This document shows positions 1-12,051 of a DNA stretch of 64,000 nt, in pieces. Below the pieces are notes generated by a model. It was not told the DNA's origin. It saw nothing but the letters and a program-made list of their open reading frames with translations, and made no database searches. The translations under genes and the position numbers were made by a program. This DNA comes from Octopus vulgaris (lineage: Eukaryota), in contig OX597825.1 in NCBI GenBank assembly GCA_951406725.2, positions 21,142,001-21,206,000 of the forward strand. The letters run 5' to 3'. The first letter of the stretch is position 1, and the number at the start of each line of letters is the position of its first letter.

Positions 1-115
1 ACGATCCCTTTTGATCGAAAACCTACGCCACTTTTTTTTTTCATCCCCCAAAAGAAAAGCTCTACCTTGTAATTTGTCCCATCTGTGTGCAACTCTGTAT
101 GGTCAATAAAGAAAC

Positions 116-116
<1 letters not shown>
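1..116 (+). mobile_element. 3' UTR end of a Tx1/L1-clade LINE (same family as 55930-58302), running into (TATC)n
   Basis: 'acgatcccttttgatcg...aataaagaaa' matches the 3' end of the LINE at 58234-58302; both copies are followed by (TATC)n. Confidence 0.7.
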
Positions 117-191
<75 letters not shown>

Positions 192-268
192 TTATCCATC
201 TATTTATCTAACGGTTAGATTCTAACTATCTGTCTATCCATCTATTTATCTATCTATCTATCTATCTG

Positions 269-329
<61 letters not shown>

Positions 330-372
330 GTAGCTGTCTGTCTTTCTGCCTATCTATCCATCTAATTATCTA
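117..372. repeat. (TATC)n microsatellite
   Basis: direct reading. Confidence 0.95.
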
Positions 373-422
373 TGAACGCAAACGCACGTATGTAAACTTA
401 GATATACGTACATGTACATACT

Positions 423-457
<35 letters not shown>

Positions 458-496
458 GCATACATGCATACATGTATACATATACACACATGTCTG

Positions 497-541
<45 letters not shown>

Positions 542-638
542 CGGGAAGCTTTATGAAAATAGACAAAAGACGAAGGCAGGTGGAAAACAAACGAACAATT
601 GTATTAGTATGGCGCTCAGGAAATATAAATAAAACAAG

Positions 639-676
639 TCTTTAACGTTTCGAGCCTACGCTCTTCAACAGAAAGA
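639..676 (-). ncRNA. minimal type-I hammerhead-like motif (CUGUUGA variant) in PLE-1 3' end
   Basis: minus strand: UCUUU CUGUUGA A GAGC-GUAG-GCUC GAAA CG UU AAAGA. Confidence 0.6.
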
Positions 677-844
677 TACACAGAGAGAAAAAAACACAGA
701 AAGAAGGAGAGAAAAAAATGCGTGCAGTAGCTAACGAATCAACATGGCGATCTGATTTCGGCCAGAGGTCAAAGATCAAACATGAGACGCGAGAGCGAAA
801 TAAGGGGAGATAATAGGGTTGATAATAGGGTTGAAGGACCAGCT

Positions 845-1190
845 AATAGTGCGTAGGAGGGGTCTGGACGTGTGTATGTATAGGGTTGGTGTATGTATTA
901 GTATGTATAAGGGTGTGTGTGTGTGTGTGTGTGTGTGTATGAGAGAGTATTAGTGCGTAGGATTGGTCTGGACGTGCGTATGTATGAGGTTGGTGTATGT
1001 ATTAGTATGTATTAGTATGTATTAGTACGTATTAGTATGTATAAGTGTGTGTGTGTGTGTATGAGAGAGTATAAGTGCGTATGAGGGGTCTGGACGTGTG
1101 TATGTATAGGGTTGGTGTATGTATTAGTATGTATTAGTATGTATTAGTACGTATTAGTATGTATTAGTTGGTGTATGTATTAGTATGGCA
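845..1190. repeat. about 3 copies of a ~100-120 bp tandem unit with (GTATTAGTAT)n and (GT)n, inside the PLE-1 3' UTR
   Basis: 'gtctggacgtg.gtatgtat..ggttggtgtatgtattag' recurs near 862, 967 and 1088. Confidence 0.85.
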
Positions 1191-1192
1191 CA

Positions 1193-2733
1193 TCATATAT
1201 GATGTGATGTGTGAAGTCGTGTGGTGTAGTGAGGAGAAGAGGGGGAGGGGGAGAAGGGGGAAGAGGGGGGAGACGAGGGGGAGAGAAGGGGAGGGGGAGA
1301 AGAGGGGGAGGAGAGGGGGAAGATGAGAGGAGGGGGGAGAGAGAGGAGGGGGAGAAGGAAGGGGAGGAGGGGGAGGAAGGAGGAGGAAGGAGGAAAGAGG
1401 GAGAGGGGAGAGAGAAGGGGAGTGAGGGAGTGAGGGAGCAGAGGGAAGGGGAAGAGGGAAGGAGGGAGGGAGAAAGAGGGAAGAAGGGAAGGGGAGTAGG
1501 GGTGAAAGGATGAAGGACTGAAGAAGTAGGGGTCGGGGGGAAAGGATAGGTGAGGAGGGGGAGAGGGGGTTAGATGAGGAGGGGGAGAGTTGAGACCAAA
1601 TGGCGTATAAGAGCGAAGAGAGAAGATTAATTCCTGTTCACGGCGCAAACGGGAATCCGGGTGGCCTCTGTGTAAGGACAAACCGAACACAGATAGGTGT
1701 TGCAAGGAGTGACCGGTGGAGCGGAAATGGCGTGAGACCGGTGTGTCGTTCGCAAGGTGGATGTCACAAAGGTGTTCCGCGAACCGGTCAGCCAAGCGGC
1801 GTCCCGTTTGTCCGATGTACAAGGAATTGCAGAGAGAGCAAGAGATGCAATAGATAATATTGCTGGAGGTGCAGGTGAAGGAGTGGATGATGGGATAGGG
1901 TCGATGGTGGGTGCTAGTGAGGCGGGTGGTGTTGGAGAGGTAAGGGCAAGTGCGGCAACGTGGGCGGGAGCAGGGGAACGAGCCGGGTTGGGAGGTAGGG
2001 TCAGGGAAGGAGCTATGGACCAAAAGGTCTCGAAGGTTGTGGGCTAGTTTGAAAGAGGGGAGGGGTCGGTTAGGGAAGAGGTGTGAAGTGGACGGGTCGG
2101 ACTGGAGATGACGGAAAGCTCGAAGAATGGTGCGTTGGAGACGTAGGGTCGTGGGGTGGTAAGTGAGGGGAAAAGGGAGGCGGAAGACTACAGGGCGGGT
2201 TCGGGGAGAGAGAGCAGATACACGGTCCACGGACCGTGCTCTGGCAAGGGCGGTGTGGATAGTGGTGAGGGGGTATCCACGTAGGGTGAAGTGGTGAGCC
2301 ATACGTTGAGACTGAGTCTCAAAGTCATGGTCGTCACTACAGAGCCTACGTAGACGGAGGAATTGGGAATAGGGGATGGAAAGCTTGGTGTGTTTCTGGG
2401 TGGGAGGAAGAGAAGTTGAGGTATGAGTGTGAGTCTGTGTGTTTGTAGTGAATGGAGGTGGTAAGAGTGGAGTGAAGAATGCTAACCGAAATATCGAGGA
2501 AGGAGACAGAGCTGTTGGAGATAGTGGAAGTGAAGTGGAGGGCTGGATGGAAAGATTGGACGAAAGAGAGGAAGGAATCTAGATGTTCGCGGGAGAGTGA
2601 GGTGGCACCGATAATGTCGTCGATGTAACGACCATATAGTTCAGGAGTGGGACCAGTGAAATTAGAGAATATTTGGGCCTCAACATAGCCAACGAACAGG
2701 TTCGCATAGTTGGGGCCCATTCGCGTTCCCAGG
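1193..2733 (-). pseudogene. PLE-1 RT/GIY-YIG ORF remnant with a 1-nt frameshift near 2392-2396
   Basis: ORFs 2346..3071 and 1193..2302 join as SSHP/HTKLSIPYSQFLRLRRL if one base is removed. Confidence 0.85.
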
Positions 2734-2915
2734 CATGTATGTTTGTACACACACATATTTAAAGTCAGATATACACTCAGGTATCTACATAAATACATAT
2801 ACACGTGCACGTATATACGTATGTATATTGTATATATATAAATATGTGCATATATATGTACATATATATATATATATATATATGCACATATATATATATA
2901 TATGTACATACGTAT

Positions 2916-2992
<77 letters not shown>

Positions 2993-3325
2993 AATATATA
3001 CACATACGCATGTATGCATGTGCACACACATATATAAACTCAGTTATACATACATCCATACATACACGCATATTTAACTATCTTTGATAAAGATTTCCAG
3101 GTGTATTGTCTCAGGTGATGATAACAGCACGAATGAGTAAAACATTATTTTAATTAACCAAATCCCTAATCGAATAGGGAGTTGTTTGCCGAAACACATT
3201 CGGATGTTAATTCTAGATAAATCAAGACTTTATGTTGTATGGTATTTGACATACCTGTATTAGTCTATGTTATTCAGTTACATGCAACTGGCCGCTTTGG
3301 ATTACTTCTCTTGGTTCATTTTTGG

Positions 3326-3896
3326 TTTAAATAATGCAATTTACCTAGGTTGTAAATGTTTAAATTATGCAAACTTCGCAGGCCATAAATGATTAAATTA
3401 TGCAAATTACCTAAGCCATACATGTTTAAATTATGCAAATTAACTAGGCCACAAATTATTTTATTCTTTTATTCATTTACTTGTTTCCGTCATTTGACTG
3501 CAGCCATGCTGGAGCACCGCCTTTAGTCGAGCAAAATGGCCCCAAGACTTATTCTTTGTAAGCCTAGTACTTATTCTATTAGTCTCTTTTGCCGAACCGC
3601 TAAGTTACGGGGTCGTAAATACACCAGCATCGGTTGTCAAGCGATGTTTGGGGGACAAACACATACACACACACACACATACACACACACACACGCGACG
3701 GGTTTCTTTCAGTTTCCGTCTACCAAATCAACTCACAAGCCTCGGTCGGTCCGAGGCTGTAGTAGAAGACACTTGCCTAAGGTGCCCCTCAGTGGGACTG
3801 AACTCGGAACCATGTGGTTGGTAAGCAAGCTACTTACCACACAGCCACTCCTGCATCTTAATTTTTAAATTATGCAAATTACATTGGTCGTAAATG
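3326..3896. repeat. 33-bp minisatellite (5 units) carrying ATGCAAAT, interrupted by a SINE
   Basis: units start at 3326, 3359, 3392, 3425 and 3864. Confidence 0.8.
3458..3860 (-). mobile_element. tRNA-derived SINE family B
   Basis: matches the full copies at 43011 and 48121. Confidence 0.85.
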
Positions 3897-4371
3897 TGTT
3901 TTAATCTTTTTTGTGTAAGTCTAAGTCCTTTGTGTCCTGGAGATAAGGTCGGACAATTGTCGTATTGATGATGGCTATTGAAACACGTGTCCGCAACTGT
4001 CCAGGCTATAAGCTTGTCCTTTTCTTTAATGGCTTGTCAGTTTTGGAAAATTCTTGACTCTTGAGATTATCTCCCCTTCCCATATGAAGCTAATCTCAAT
4101 TGTCATTTGCTAATTACAATACATCTTCACCCGGTGAAGGTAATTTTAATAAATCAAGAATTTATATTGTATGGTATTTAATATATCCGTGAATAGTTTG
4201 TCCGGTATTTCTTGACCGAATTTGCTCAGGTACCGTTTGAAGGTTATGGTAACTTTCCTTGTTTTGTCGACCTCAACAAGATTTGAACCCAGATTAGAAA
4301 ATACTGCAAAGCATTGTTTTCGACGCTTTAACAGTTCTACCAACTCGTCGCCTTAAAAATCACTCAAAATA

Positions 4372-4590
4372 ATACTTTCTATTCTAGGCACAAGGCCTGA
4401 AATTTGGGAGGTGGGTATATGTCAGTTACATCGACCCCAGTTGCACAAATGGTACTTATTTTATCGACCCCAAAATGATGAAAATCAACATTGACCTCGG
4501 CGGAATTTGAACTCAGTACGGAAAGACGGACGAAATGCTGCTAAGAATTTTTGTGCAGCGTGCTAACGATTCTGCCACGCTCGTCGCCTT
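4372..4590 (-). mobile_element. SINE family A
   Basis: gacctcggcggaatttgaactcag core. Confidence 0.8.
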
Positions 4591-4604
4591 AAAATATTAC
4601 CAAT

Positions 4605-4925
4605 TAATAGTAGCACTCCATCGACGTGGGCTTCAGTTGATCCGATCAATGGAACAGCCTGCTCGTGAAATAAACGTGCAAGTGGCTGAGTACTCCACAG
4701 ATACGTGTACCCTTAACGTAGTTCTCGGAGAGATTCAGTGTGACACATAATGTGGCAAGGCTGGTCCTTTGAAATACAGGTCCTACTTATTTTTACCAGC
4801 TGAGTGGAGTGAAGCAACATGAAGTAAAGTGTCTTGCTCAAGGACACAGCGGGTCGCAGGGAACTGAACTCATGACCCTACGATTGTGAACCGAAAACTC
4901 CTAAACACTAAGCCACCTGCCTTCA
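4605..4925 (-). mobile_element. SINE family D (tRNA head, 'gtccttgagcaagacactt' core, same tail module as 43810-43995)
   Basis: similarity to 49215-49540 and 43810-43995. Confidence 0.7.
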
Positions 4926-5339
4926 CCCCTATTAACTTGAAAAGCTAGGCAGTAACCCTATCGGGCGGCTTTTAAGCTAGCATATAGCTTTTAAGCAATT
5001 GACCCCAAATGGGAAGATCTGCAAACAGATATCTGACTTGTTTTGGAAAATTTGTTGCAGTTGCTTCCTCCAGAGTCATATCCTAATGATGATCATATTC
5101 GTCGCAAAAAACAATTGCAATAATGACAACATAGGAATCCCAAATTTCAGGATTGCAGGTCCGGATTCGGCCTGGAATATTTTTAATTTACTCACAGAGT
5201 CAGCCTGATTCCAAAAATGATATAATATGTTGGGTTACAGCCTGTAGGAGTAAAGTTGAAAAAGTGTGACACACTGACACACCGACAAACACATTTATAA
5301 TATAATATAATATAATATAATATAATATAATATAATGTT

Positions 5340-5925
5340 AAGGTGCTTAGCAGTATTTCGTCTGCCGTTACGTTCTGAGTTCAAATTCCGCCGAGGTCGA
5401 CTTTGCCTTTCATCCTTTCGGGGTCGATAGAATTAGTACCAGTTACGCACTGGGGTCGATGTAATCGACTTTAATCCCTTGCCCCAAATTTTAGGCTTTG
5501 TGCTTTCGGTAGAAAGGATTATTACAAGTATTAGGAAGGCGGTGAGTTGGCAGAAACGTTAGCACGCTGGGCGAAATGCTTAGCGGTATTTCGCCTGCCG
5601 TTACGTTCTGAGTTCAGATTCCGCCGAGGTCGACTTTGCCTTTCATCCTTTCGGGGTCGATTAAATAAGTACCAGTTACGCACTGGGGTCGATATAACCG
5701 ACTTAATCCGTTTGTCTGTCCTTGTTTGTCCTCTCTGTGTTTAGCCCCCCTTGTGGGTAGTAAAGAAATAGGCATTTCGTCTGTCCTTAGGTTTTGAGTT
5801 CGACTATGCCTTCCATCCTTTCGGAGTCGATAAGATTAGTACCAGTTACGTACTGGGATCGATATAATCGACTTAATCCCTTCTCCCCAAATTTGACGCC
5901 TTGTGCTTCCAGTAGAAAGGATTTA
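5340..5925 (+). mobile_element. cluster of SINE family A copies
   Basis: repeated gttctgagttcaaattccgccgaggtcgac body. Confidence 0.85.
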
Positions 5926-6025
5926 TTAAAGTTGAAAAAGTGACATTCACATTTATTATTAATTTTAGGGAAACTTTATTTCAATTAAAATGTATTTGAT
6001 ATATATATATAAAATACATATATAT

Positions 6026-6135
<110 letters not shown>

Positions 6136-6371
6136 TTATGTATGTGTGTCTATGTTTGTCCCCACCTCCCCCGCTTGACAACCGGTGTTGGTGTGTTTAT
6201 AGCCCCGTAACTTAGCAGTCCGACAGAAGAGAATAATAAAATAAGCACCAGGCTTCAAAAAAGTCCTGCGGTCGATACAGTCGACTATAAATTCATCAAG
6301 GTGGTGCCCCAATATGGCCGCAGTCTACTGACTGAAACAAGCAAGCGATAAAATATAATTTATATATATAT

Positions 6372-6420
<49 letters not shown>

Positions 6421-6805
6421 TATATATATATACACATATAATTTAGATTCACTTGAATTAGGTACTTAAGTTGAAGTACCTAGTCAGTCCGGTATTATCA
6501 AGCACTGCTCGAAGTAAGGTCAATAAGATCGAAATAAGCAACAGGGTAGTCTTTTAAAATATTTAAGAAAAAATATATTAATGTATCCTGCTTTAAAATT
6601 CCATTTATTTATTTGTGCAGCTGATAGCCCTGCATTTAAAATAGAACTGCATTGTTCTATTAAATGGAGCCGCTTGAAACGGTCGTATTGTATTAATACA
6701 TGATATCCTGTTGCTTATTTTGATTATATATATATACATATATATACATCCATACACAAATAAGCATATATATATAATATATATCTATATCTATCTATCT
6801 ATCTC

Positions 6806-6862
<57 letters not shown>

Positions 6863-6865
6863 TTA

Positions 6866-6904
<39 letters not shown>

Positions 6905-7084
6905 ATATATATATATATATATATACATACATCCATACACACACACACACACGCACACACACATATCAGACGAAATTGCGAGGATGATCCGGTTCTTGAC
7001 TGAAGATTGAAGGCTTCGAATGTCCCGTCCGTGTTTTTTGTATCGTCTTCTAAGTGCTTTACGTTCTTGTCCCAGTTTGTATTT

Positions 7085-7399
7085 TCTACATCACGTGATC
7101 ACGTGACCAACCAGACATCAGATGTTGCTACACATCGCTGGTCACAATGCATTCGCATTGTTTTAACCTTCGAACGACGCCACCCCGCTGGCTAAGCGAG
7201 CAGGCCAACAGAAGAAAGAGCGAGAGAAAAAGTGGTGAAAGAGTACAGCAGGGTTCGCCAACCCGCCTGCCGGAGCCTCGTGGAGCTTTTTAGGTGTTTT
7301 CGCTCAATAAACACTCACAACACCAGGTCTGGGAATCGAAACCGCGATCCTACAACCGCGAGTCCGCTGCCCTAACCACTAGGCCATTGCGCCTCCACA
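7085..7399 (-). mobile_element. tRNA-derived SINE family C
   Basis: reverse complement of the 10389-10683 copy. Confidence 0.8.
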
Positions 7400-7413
7400 C
7401 CCCCCCACACACC

Positions 7414-7477
<64 letters not shown>

Positions 7478-7602
7478 AATATATATATATATGTATATAT
7501 ATGTATGAATGGCAAATGAAAGACGGAAGATGGACAATATGAGAATTCATTATTAATCACAATTGTTTTGACACATCCAGCATCGATCCCTCACGTTTTA
7601 TT

Positions 7603-7651
<49 letters not shown>

Positions 7652-8029
7652 CTGTGTGTGTGTGTGTTTGTAAAATGAACTTATCCGACAAAACATTAGT
7701 AACACAGCGAGTCGATATCTAGCAAGAGAACTATTAGTAACAATAGCAACTAGGAATAAAATACTTGATGACGCTTGTGATTACATTTCCAACTTTCCCA
7801 TATAAGGTCATGCATAAATAAGGAATTGTCAGGCTTCAGCACTGCTGGATGGGAAAGCATAACACGAATTGAAAAAATTGCAAGGAATTGACATTTAAAG
7901 AAGTCGGTAAAGAGAATGCAAGCCCGAAGACAAAATCAAATACGAAAATTTTAACAATTCGCAACCAACAAAAAGTGATGAAAAATCCTTAGTTTTGTTA
8001 TTCTTGAATTAAAATAAAAATAAAACCCA

Positions 8030-8128
8030 AGAGCCACCCGTTCTGGTCAGTGAAATAGAGAATGGTTTAAAGCTGATGAAGAGCGATGAAAGCTGCAGGA
8101 AAAGATGATATAAAAGCGGAAATGTTAA
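8030..8128 (+). pseudogene. short RTE-like LINE RT N-terminal fragment
   Basis: EPPVLVSEIENGLKLMKSD / KAAGKDDIKAEML, resembling the K..KAAG.D.I.AEML motif. Confidence 0.45.
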
Positions 8129-8465
8129 GTTAAGTTAAGTTAAGTTAATTTTTTGGGTTAAAAAGAAAAAAAGCAAGGCCATGTAGGGGAACACGGAGTT
8201 ATGTACAGGGGTGTTCATGCAAAGAGTTCAGGCCATTTCTGATCAAGAGAGGCTTTGAACCGAGCGGTCGTCGGCATCTTCACTATCTCGTCCGGCAGCT
8301 TATTCCACGGATCCGCAACCCGGACGGAGAAAGCCCCTCTCCTTCGATTGAGATGAAATCGTCGCAGATAGAGCTTTTCGGAGTGACCCCGCAGCCTACG
8401 CTCTGAAGCAGGAGTGAAGAACAGCTCTTTCGAGAGATTACACTTTCCGCTTATGATGTTGTGAG
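8125..8465 (-). mobile_element. CR1-type LINE 3' end with (TTAAC)n tail
   Basis: minus translation ...RLRGHSEKLYLRRFHLNRRRGAFSVRVADPWNKLPDEIV...FKASLDQKW. Confidence 0.8.
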
Positions 8466-8789
8466 AAGCTCTGGGAAATCTTTGTTCAAAACGGGCAAAA
8501 TATTCTCACCATTGCAGGAATCGATTTCTATTTTGCTGTCAGATGATTGGAAACATCTGGCAGAAACGTTAGCACGCCGGGCGAAATGTGTAGCCCTATT
8601 TTATCTGCAGTTACGTTCTGATTTCAAATTCCGCCGAGGTCGACTTTGCCTTTCGTCCTTTCGGACTGAACCCGGAACCATGTGGTTGGTAAGCAAGCTA
8701 CTTACTACACAGCCACTCCTGCGCCTATGGTGTGAATACAATAAGATGGCGCCTAAAGAATACAGTAGGAAAGAGTACAAGTATAGTTA

Positions 8790-8956
8790 GTCCTCAGTTG
8801 CGTGTTGGAATATCGCCCTGACGAAACAAAACTCTTTCTGTCAGTTTTCCTGTGCGTTTTATCTTGATAGCCTTTCGTAACTGCCTCAGCAAAGTTGGAA
8901 TAGTACTCTCCATTGACGGTGTGGCCCTTTTGAAGATAATCAGTAAACATAAGCAA
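8790..8956 (-). pseudogene. mariner transposase fragment
   Basis: DYLQKGHTVNGEYY followed by frameshifted LLRQLRKAIK. Confidence 0.75.
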
Positions 8957-8957
8957 A

Positions 8958-9185
8958 TGTCTTTAAAATGAAACTGGATCTCTTCTTGTCAGCTATCCCA
9001 GATGAACCAACTTCACGGTAGGAGGTGCAGATGAGGGCAGCTGCATCGAACTCTCTCATGCACCAGATGGCATTTGCTAAAAAGCATTCGTGAAGTAAAA
9101 CCATGTAGCAACACCAAATGGCGGTGCCCCAGCATGGCCACAGCTCGTGAGCTGAAACTAGAATCAATCAATCAATCAATCAATC
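8958..9185 (+). mobile_element. CR1-type LINE 3' end with (AATC)n tail
   Basis: FKMKLDLFLSAIPDEP...RAAASNSL; second tail copy at 44545-44608 (-). Confidence 0.7.
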
Positions 9186-9805
9186 ATTCATTCCTTCTCA
9201 GCGTCTTTTCGCCTGAGCTTCGGAGATGTGAGAAAGAGTCGTATCAGCACCCGGCAAGTGCTCATATCAGCTAAATAGACTCAAGGGACATGAAATAAAG
9301 TACCTTGCTCAAGGAATAATGCACTGCCCAATCCAGAAATTGAACCTACGACACTATGATCAGAGCCGAATACCTTAACCACTTGGCTACGCGCCTTCAT
9401 TCTGAAACATATGCACTTCAAAGTGAATCGGAAATCTGAATTCAGTCAGAAGCTATTAGTAATGACTGATGCGAAACCCCGAGGGATTTGTTTGCACCGA
9501 CTGAATACAAATAACAGAAATATGGCAAACAGATATAATTGCATTAGAGAACGGATATTGCATGAAATGTTATTATACGATATAATAATCACAATGCAAG
9601 CAAAATAATAGGAATTGTCCGGGAACTGCGAAAACGGTTCGTTGACATAAATCTGAAAGTAATTCTTGTTGTCACGATTTTGGGAACAGCAGCAAAATAA
9701 TTAATGAAGAGAATTTTGGAAATGGAGCAATGATAGCAGGGCTGTAGATCAACAGAAATTCAATTACTATGAAAGAATGTACAGAAGCATAATGTGACAA
9801 AATAC

Positions 9806-10038
9806 CTATTTCTTTACTACCCACAAGGGGCTAAACACACAGGGGACAAACAAGGACAGACAAACGGATTAATTCGATTATATCGACCCCAGTGCGTAAC
9901 TGGTACTTAAATTATCGACCCCGAAAGGATGAAAGGCAAAGTCGACCTCGGCGGAGTTTGAACTCAGAAAGTAACGGCAGACGAAATACAGCTACGCATT
10001 TCGCCCGGCGTGCTAACGTTTCTGCCAGCTCGCTGCCT
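9806..10038 (-). mobile_element. SINE family A monomer with 16-bp TSD
   Basis: TSD taatgtgacaaaatac at 9790-9805 and 10039-10054. Confidence 0.9.
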
Positions 10039-10388
10039 TAATGTGACAAAATACATTGGCGCCAGTGTAGGTATGTGGTTAACAAGTTCGTTTTGTAACG
10101 ACGTGGTTTCAAGTTCAGTTCCGGTATAGCGATTTCAGATTACCTCCCATTCAGATTACACCCCCACCCCAATAACTTGAAATCGCCTTCAAATTATCCC
10201 CGGAAGTAATTTGAAATCTATTTCAAGTTACTCTCTACGATTTCAGATTACCCCCACCTAGAATACCTCCCCAAATGTTCGTCTCCGTGGTAGCAAATAG
10301 GAGAATCATTATTATCATCATCATCATCATCGTCATGATTTTTCTTCTGCAACTTAAAAATATAATTACCACAAAGTAAATTAATAAT

Positions 10389-10683
10389 GTGGAGGCGCAA
10401 TGGCCCAGTGGTTAGAGCAGCGGACTCGCGGTTTCGAATCCCAGACCGGGCGTTGTGAGTGTTTATTGAGCGAAAACACCTAAAGCTCCACGAGGCTCCG
10501 GCAGGGGGTGGTGGCGATCCAAGCTGTACTCTTTTGCCACAGCTTTCTCTCACTCTTTCTTCTGTTGGCCTGCTCGCTTAGCCAGCGGGGTGGCGTCATT
10601 TGAAGGCTAAGACAATGCGAAACGCATTGTGACCAGCGATGTGCAGCAACATGTCGGTCGGTCACGGTGACGGTCACGGTGAT
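10389..10683 (+). mobile_element. SINE family C with 10-bp TSD
   Basis: A-box tggcccagtgg, B-box-like gtttcgaatcc; TSD aattaataat. Confidence 0.85.
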
Positions 10684-11587
10684 AATTAATAATACAAGTT
10701 TGCACCAAGGGAGATAATGGGTAAAACCTATTAAATGTATATGTTGAAGTTTAAGTGTGTGTATGCGTAATGCACATTTGTATATGAAAGAGAAAGTCAG
10801 AGCTTTAAGCTGAAGAAATTTGAAAGAAGCATACCCAGAATGGCTACTTTTAGCATATAGAATAGCTCTAAGGTATTGTTCAAAAAGAACAATACGATAG
10901 AAAATAACGAGCAACAGTAGTTCAGTATTGGAAATAAAGTTCTGCTCAAAAACCCTAATTCAAGAGGACAGAAAAGGAAGACATTTTACGGAACGCCGCA
11001 CAGGTCCTTACATTTTTGCAGAAATTTGTGGCAAAAATACCAATCGATTTTCAAATAACAATAAAGTACTAGAAAATAAAATAAATGCTACCATTCTCAC
11101 TCGATATATTGAACAACGAACAACAAGTAAAAAACGGAAAACAAATTACGAAAATCAAGATACTCGAACTCCAAACTAATAAAAACAATTAATACTGCAG
11201 TGATGTTTTAATGTATATAAATACATTTTGTTACTAATTTAAATACATTTCGTTCCTAATTAAATTAAATAAATTTCGGTTTGTACATGAAACACATATC
11301 GTTCTTCAAATCAATCTCTTATCGTTACAAATCAATCTCTTATCGTCAACTCACCTCAGTCCACTATAAACAACATCTGTCTGTTGCATATCTATAGAAA
11401 AAAAGTGCTCTAATCCAAATCACTTTCTCATAAAAAAAAAAGAAAAATGTTTTTATTTGAAAAAAAATTGCAAACACAGAATCTCTGATATTCGACATGT
11501 TTTTTTTTTCCAGCGCATCATAAAAGTGTTAAAAAAAATTTAATATTTTTGTTTTATTTTCATATTTTAAGATTAGTTTACAATCGT

Positions 11588-12051
11588 GTGATCTTTTCGG
11601 TTTGAACGGCAGTTTTTAAAAATAATTTCCACGTAACTAAACACTTTTAAACCTCGTATACTGGTAGAAGGTGTTTATAAAACATCTTTTTCTCTTGGCT
11701 TTACTGAGAAAATTCTATAGTTTGTAAGATATTTGTTGTTTTTTTTTCTTCGATTTTTGCAATTTCAACCAATCAATGACGTCTATTGAGGTGAAAACAT
11801 TCTGTACCGTATGAATTTGTCCCTCGTTTAAGAAACAGATTGGGTTTATTTACATTTCTGAAGAAAAAAAGATACCCTTCCCCCACCCCTAACCCTAACC
11901 CTAACCCTAACTAACCCCTAACTAACCCTAACTCTAACCCTAACCCGAAAACAGATTGAAATGCAATAGATCGATACTAGGGTCATAATTATGGGTGACA
12001 ATTTCATATGACACCGCTAGAAAAAACTGCCGTTCAAACCGAAAAGATCCC
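11588..12051. mobile_element. MITE with ~30-bp TIRs and an internal (CCCTAA)n tract
   Basis: gatcttttcggtttgaacggcagttttt / aaaaactgccgttcaaaccgaaaagatc; possible 6-bp TSD aatcgt/agtcgt. Confidence 0.85.

Larger units (their letters stand above)
541..2733 (-). mobile_element. 5'-truncated Penelope-like retroelement (Neptune-type), PLE-1
   Basis: RT motifs GTRMGPNYANLF, YGRYIDD, SFLDI; Cys linker CSRPRCRTC; GIY-YIG region IIYCISCSLC..LYIGQTGRRLADRFAEH; 3' end abuts (TA)n. Confidence 0.9.

Noticed and set aside
2735-3071. N-terminus of the 241-aa ORF
   Set aside because: Microsatellite read-through fused to the truncated RT.
11886-11946. Chromosome end or fusion telomere
   Set aside because: Short, degenerate and enclosed by MITE TIRs.
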